From an uncultured Acidimicrobiales bacterium (GTDB lineage Bacteria > Actinomycetota > Acidimicrobiia > Acidimicrobiales > DATKAS01), in the NCBI GenBank assembly GCA_963759645.1, contig CAVXAI010000013.1:149571-213570 (forward strand): a stretch of 64,000 nt of DNA, given 5' to 3'. Position 1 is the stretch's first letter, and the number at the start of each line of letters is the position of its first letter. This document shows positions 62,550 to 64,000 of the stretch, one piece after another. The notes under the pieces were generated by a model. It did no database searches and was not told where the DNA came from. It saw only the letters and a list, made by a program, of their open reading frames with translations. The position numbers were made by a program, and so were the translations under genes.

Positions 62550-62723
62550 ATGCGAGCACGACAGAACAAGCGACTCGACGGAGACCAGGGGGCGACGATG
62601 GTGGAGTACGCCCTCATGGTCGGCCTGATCGCGATGGTGTGCTTCCTGGCTGTTCAGTTCCTCGGTGGAGAAACGAACAGCGGGTACACCCGGGTCAACA
62701 CCTCGCTCATCGCGGCGAGCTGA
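62550..62723 (+). CDS. flp: Flp-family prepilin, copy 4 (57 aa, most divergent, not in the ORF track)
   Basis: Hand translation gives MRARQNKRLDGDQG|ATMVEYALMVGLIAMVCFLAVQFLGGETNSGYTRVNTSLIAAS*. GGCGGAGG lies upstream. Confidence 0.8.
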   Translation: MRARQNKRLDGDQGATMVEYALMVGLIAMVCFLAVQFLGGETNSGYTRVNTSLIAAS

Positions 62724-62751
62724 CTCCTTCTCTCCCCGTGATCGTCGGCGC

Positions 62752-64000
62752 TCAGGCCGGCGGACGGCGCAGCGCCACGATCCACTGTGGGTCGCTGTAG
62801 CGGATCTGCCAGTCGGGTGACTCGGCGAGGATCGCCGCCAAGGCGAAGTCCTTCTGCCAGACGATCACCTCGATGTCGTTGCGATCCAATGCGTCGCGCC
62901 AGTTCGGGTGCACCCCCGAGCAGGCTGATGTAGTCGGCCGACGCCTGCTCGCCGATGACCTCGGCCCGGTCGTCGATGAAGACGTCCCGCACCGGCCCGT
63001 CGAGGTACTCCCTGAGGTTGCCGACGAAGTCCTGGGCCAGCAACCGGCCCTCGCTGCCGTCCGCTGGAGGAACCAGGTCGTTGGCGTCGAGGTACGCCAG
63101 CGCCGCCACTGGATACGAGCTGAGGTCGAGCGCCGGCTTGCCCAGGGGAGTCGTGAGAGTGACGGCGCACAGCGCAGCCATGACGAAAGCTCCCATCCAG
63201 GCGAGCGGCGTCGACGACAGACGTGCGTTGGCCTTCAGGTCGCCCACGCCGGCGAGGCAGGGCGCCATCGCGGCAGTGAGGACGAGGCTGGCGACCAAGA
63301 TGTTGCGGGCGCTGTAGAGCGACGCAGGGACGAACACGACGAACGGCAGGGCGAGACGCCACGTGGGCCGACGGACGAGCACGACGACCGCCACCGCGAT
63401 CTGGACGAGAAACAGCTTCTGCCAGATCGTGTCGTAGGTCGGGGCTTGCCACTCGAGGATCGTGCGCAGGACGTCGCTGCGCTGGAGCATCGAGATCGGG
63501 AAAGAGCAGCAGCTTTGGCCCGTAGGGATTGAGCGCAGCGACCGCGGTCCCCACCAGCGGCCCACTTCAGGCATCGCCACTCGACCCTGCCGTCTCCACC
63601 ATCGAGGCGCCGGCCGGCCCAGAGCAACGCGAGGGCGACGATCCCGAGCGGGAACGAACCGTGGCTGTTGACCCACACGAACATCACGGGCACGAGCCAG
63701 CGCGGATCGAGGCCGTCCTCGGCCGCGATCAGGAGTGACGGCGAGCAGGACGAGCCCGATCATGAGGGGACGCTCGGCCCACGCACTCGCTCCGACGCCG
63801 AGGGTGAGGATGACGAGGCCGAGCCGGGCGACGAAGCCATCGGCGGGGCGAGCCAGGCGCACGATCAGGATGGCGAGGAGGGCCGTGAGCGCGGCGTTGA
63901 ACGCCATCAGAGCGCCCATGCCCCAGGCCTTCACGAGGCTCCAATAGATGACCGACCCCAGCCAGCTCTGCACGACCCACGACGGTTCGTGCGGCGGTGA
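62752..64000 (-). CDS. Large polytopic membrane protein with an extracytoplasmic C-terminal domain (GT-C/ArnT-like?), N-terminus outside the window; at least 2 apparent frameshifts
   Basis: Many TM helices are present (SVIYWSLVKAWGMGALMAFNAALTALLAILIV..., VPVMFVWVNSHGSFPLGIVALALLW, LFLVQIAVAVVVLV...). The C-terminus reads YPVAALAYLDANDL...VFIDDRAEVIGEQASADYISLLGG | PNWRDALDRNDIEVIVWQKDFALAAILAESPDWQIRYSDPQWIVAL*. Confidence 0.5.

Overview
The window is a GC-rich chromosomal segment with Actinomycetota-like synteny. Two conserved blocks are present on the minus strand: uvrC-rapZ ... gap-pgk-tpiA ... secG-tRNA-Leu, and coaE-uvrB ... uvrA. Layout from left to right follows. 0-20 kb is a mixed accessory and metabolic region. 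It holds an ECF sigma factor with a c-type cytochrome, an MmyB-like regulator, a KhtT/CPA2 antiporter pair, APH, SDR and hydratase genes, and a cyclase. It also holds an amidohydrolase with an SCP-x thiolase and DUF35 protein, otsA with an otsB::GH15 fusion, and a TetR/SRPBCC pair beside a DGPF-ECF42 sigma module. 20.4-29.6 kb is a decayed, rearranged accessory zone. It contains alpha/beta-hydrolase fragments, a trio of a Zn-ribbon miniprotein, a cupin-cyclase and a DUF2652::SRPBCC protein, and a DUF2703 gene. It also contains a roughly 1085-aa cyclase-STAND-TPR gene with a divergent unknown ORF, three decayed copies of the tRNA-Leu 3' end, and a beheaded tyrosine integrase beside an intact tRNA-Leu(GAG). 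29.6-43.8 kb holds secG, a five-gene Opp/Dpp-type ABC operon, tpiA-pgk-gap, rapZ, a methyltransferase, uvrC and nadA. The nadA leader looks riboswitch-like. 43.9-56.5 kb is a polysaccharide cluster (fcl, flippase, FkbM methyltransferase, glycosyltransferases, priming sugar transferase, GT4, a polytopic membrane protein) wrapped around uvrA and uvrB. 58.5-62.7 kb holds coaE, a GAF/HisKA_3 kinase with a NarL-type regulator, and four tandem Flp pilin genes, three of which fall below the ORF-track size cut-off. One caveat applies throughout. At least 35 apparent frameshifts interrupt otherwise well-conserved genes, including gap, pgk, uvrA and nadA. I read this as consensus indel error, not gene decay, so I called most of these as CDS with the join noted. 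No rRNA genes or CRISPR arrays were seen.
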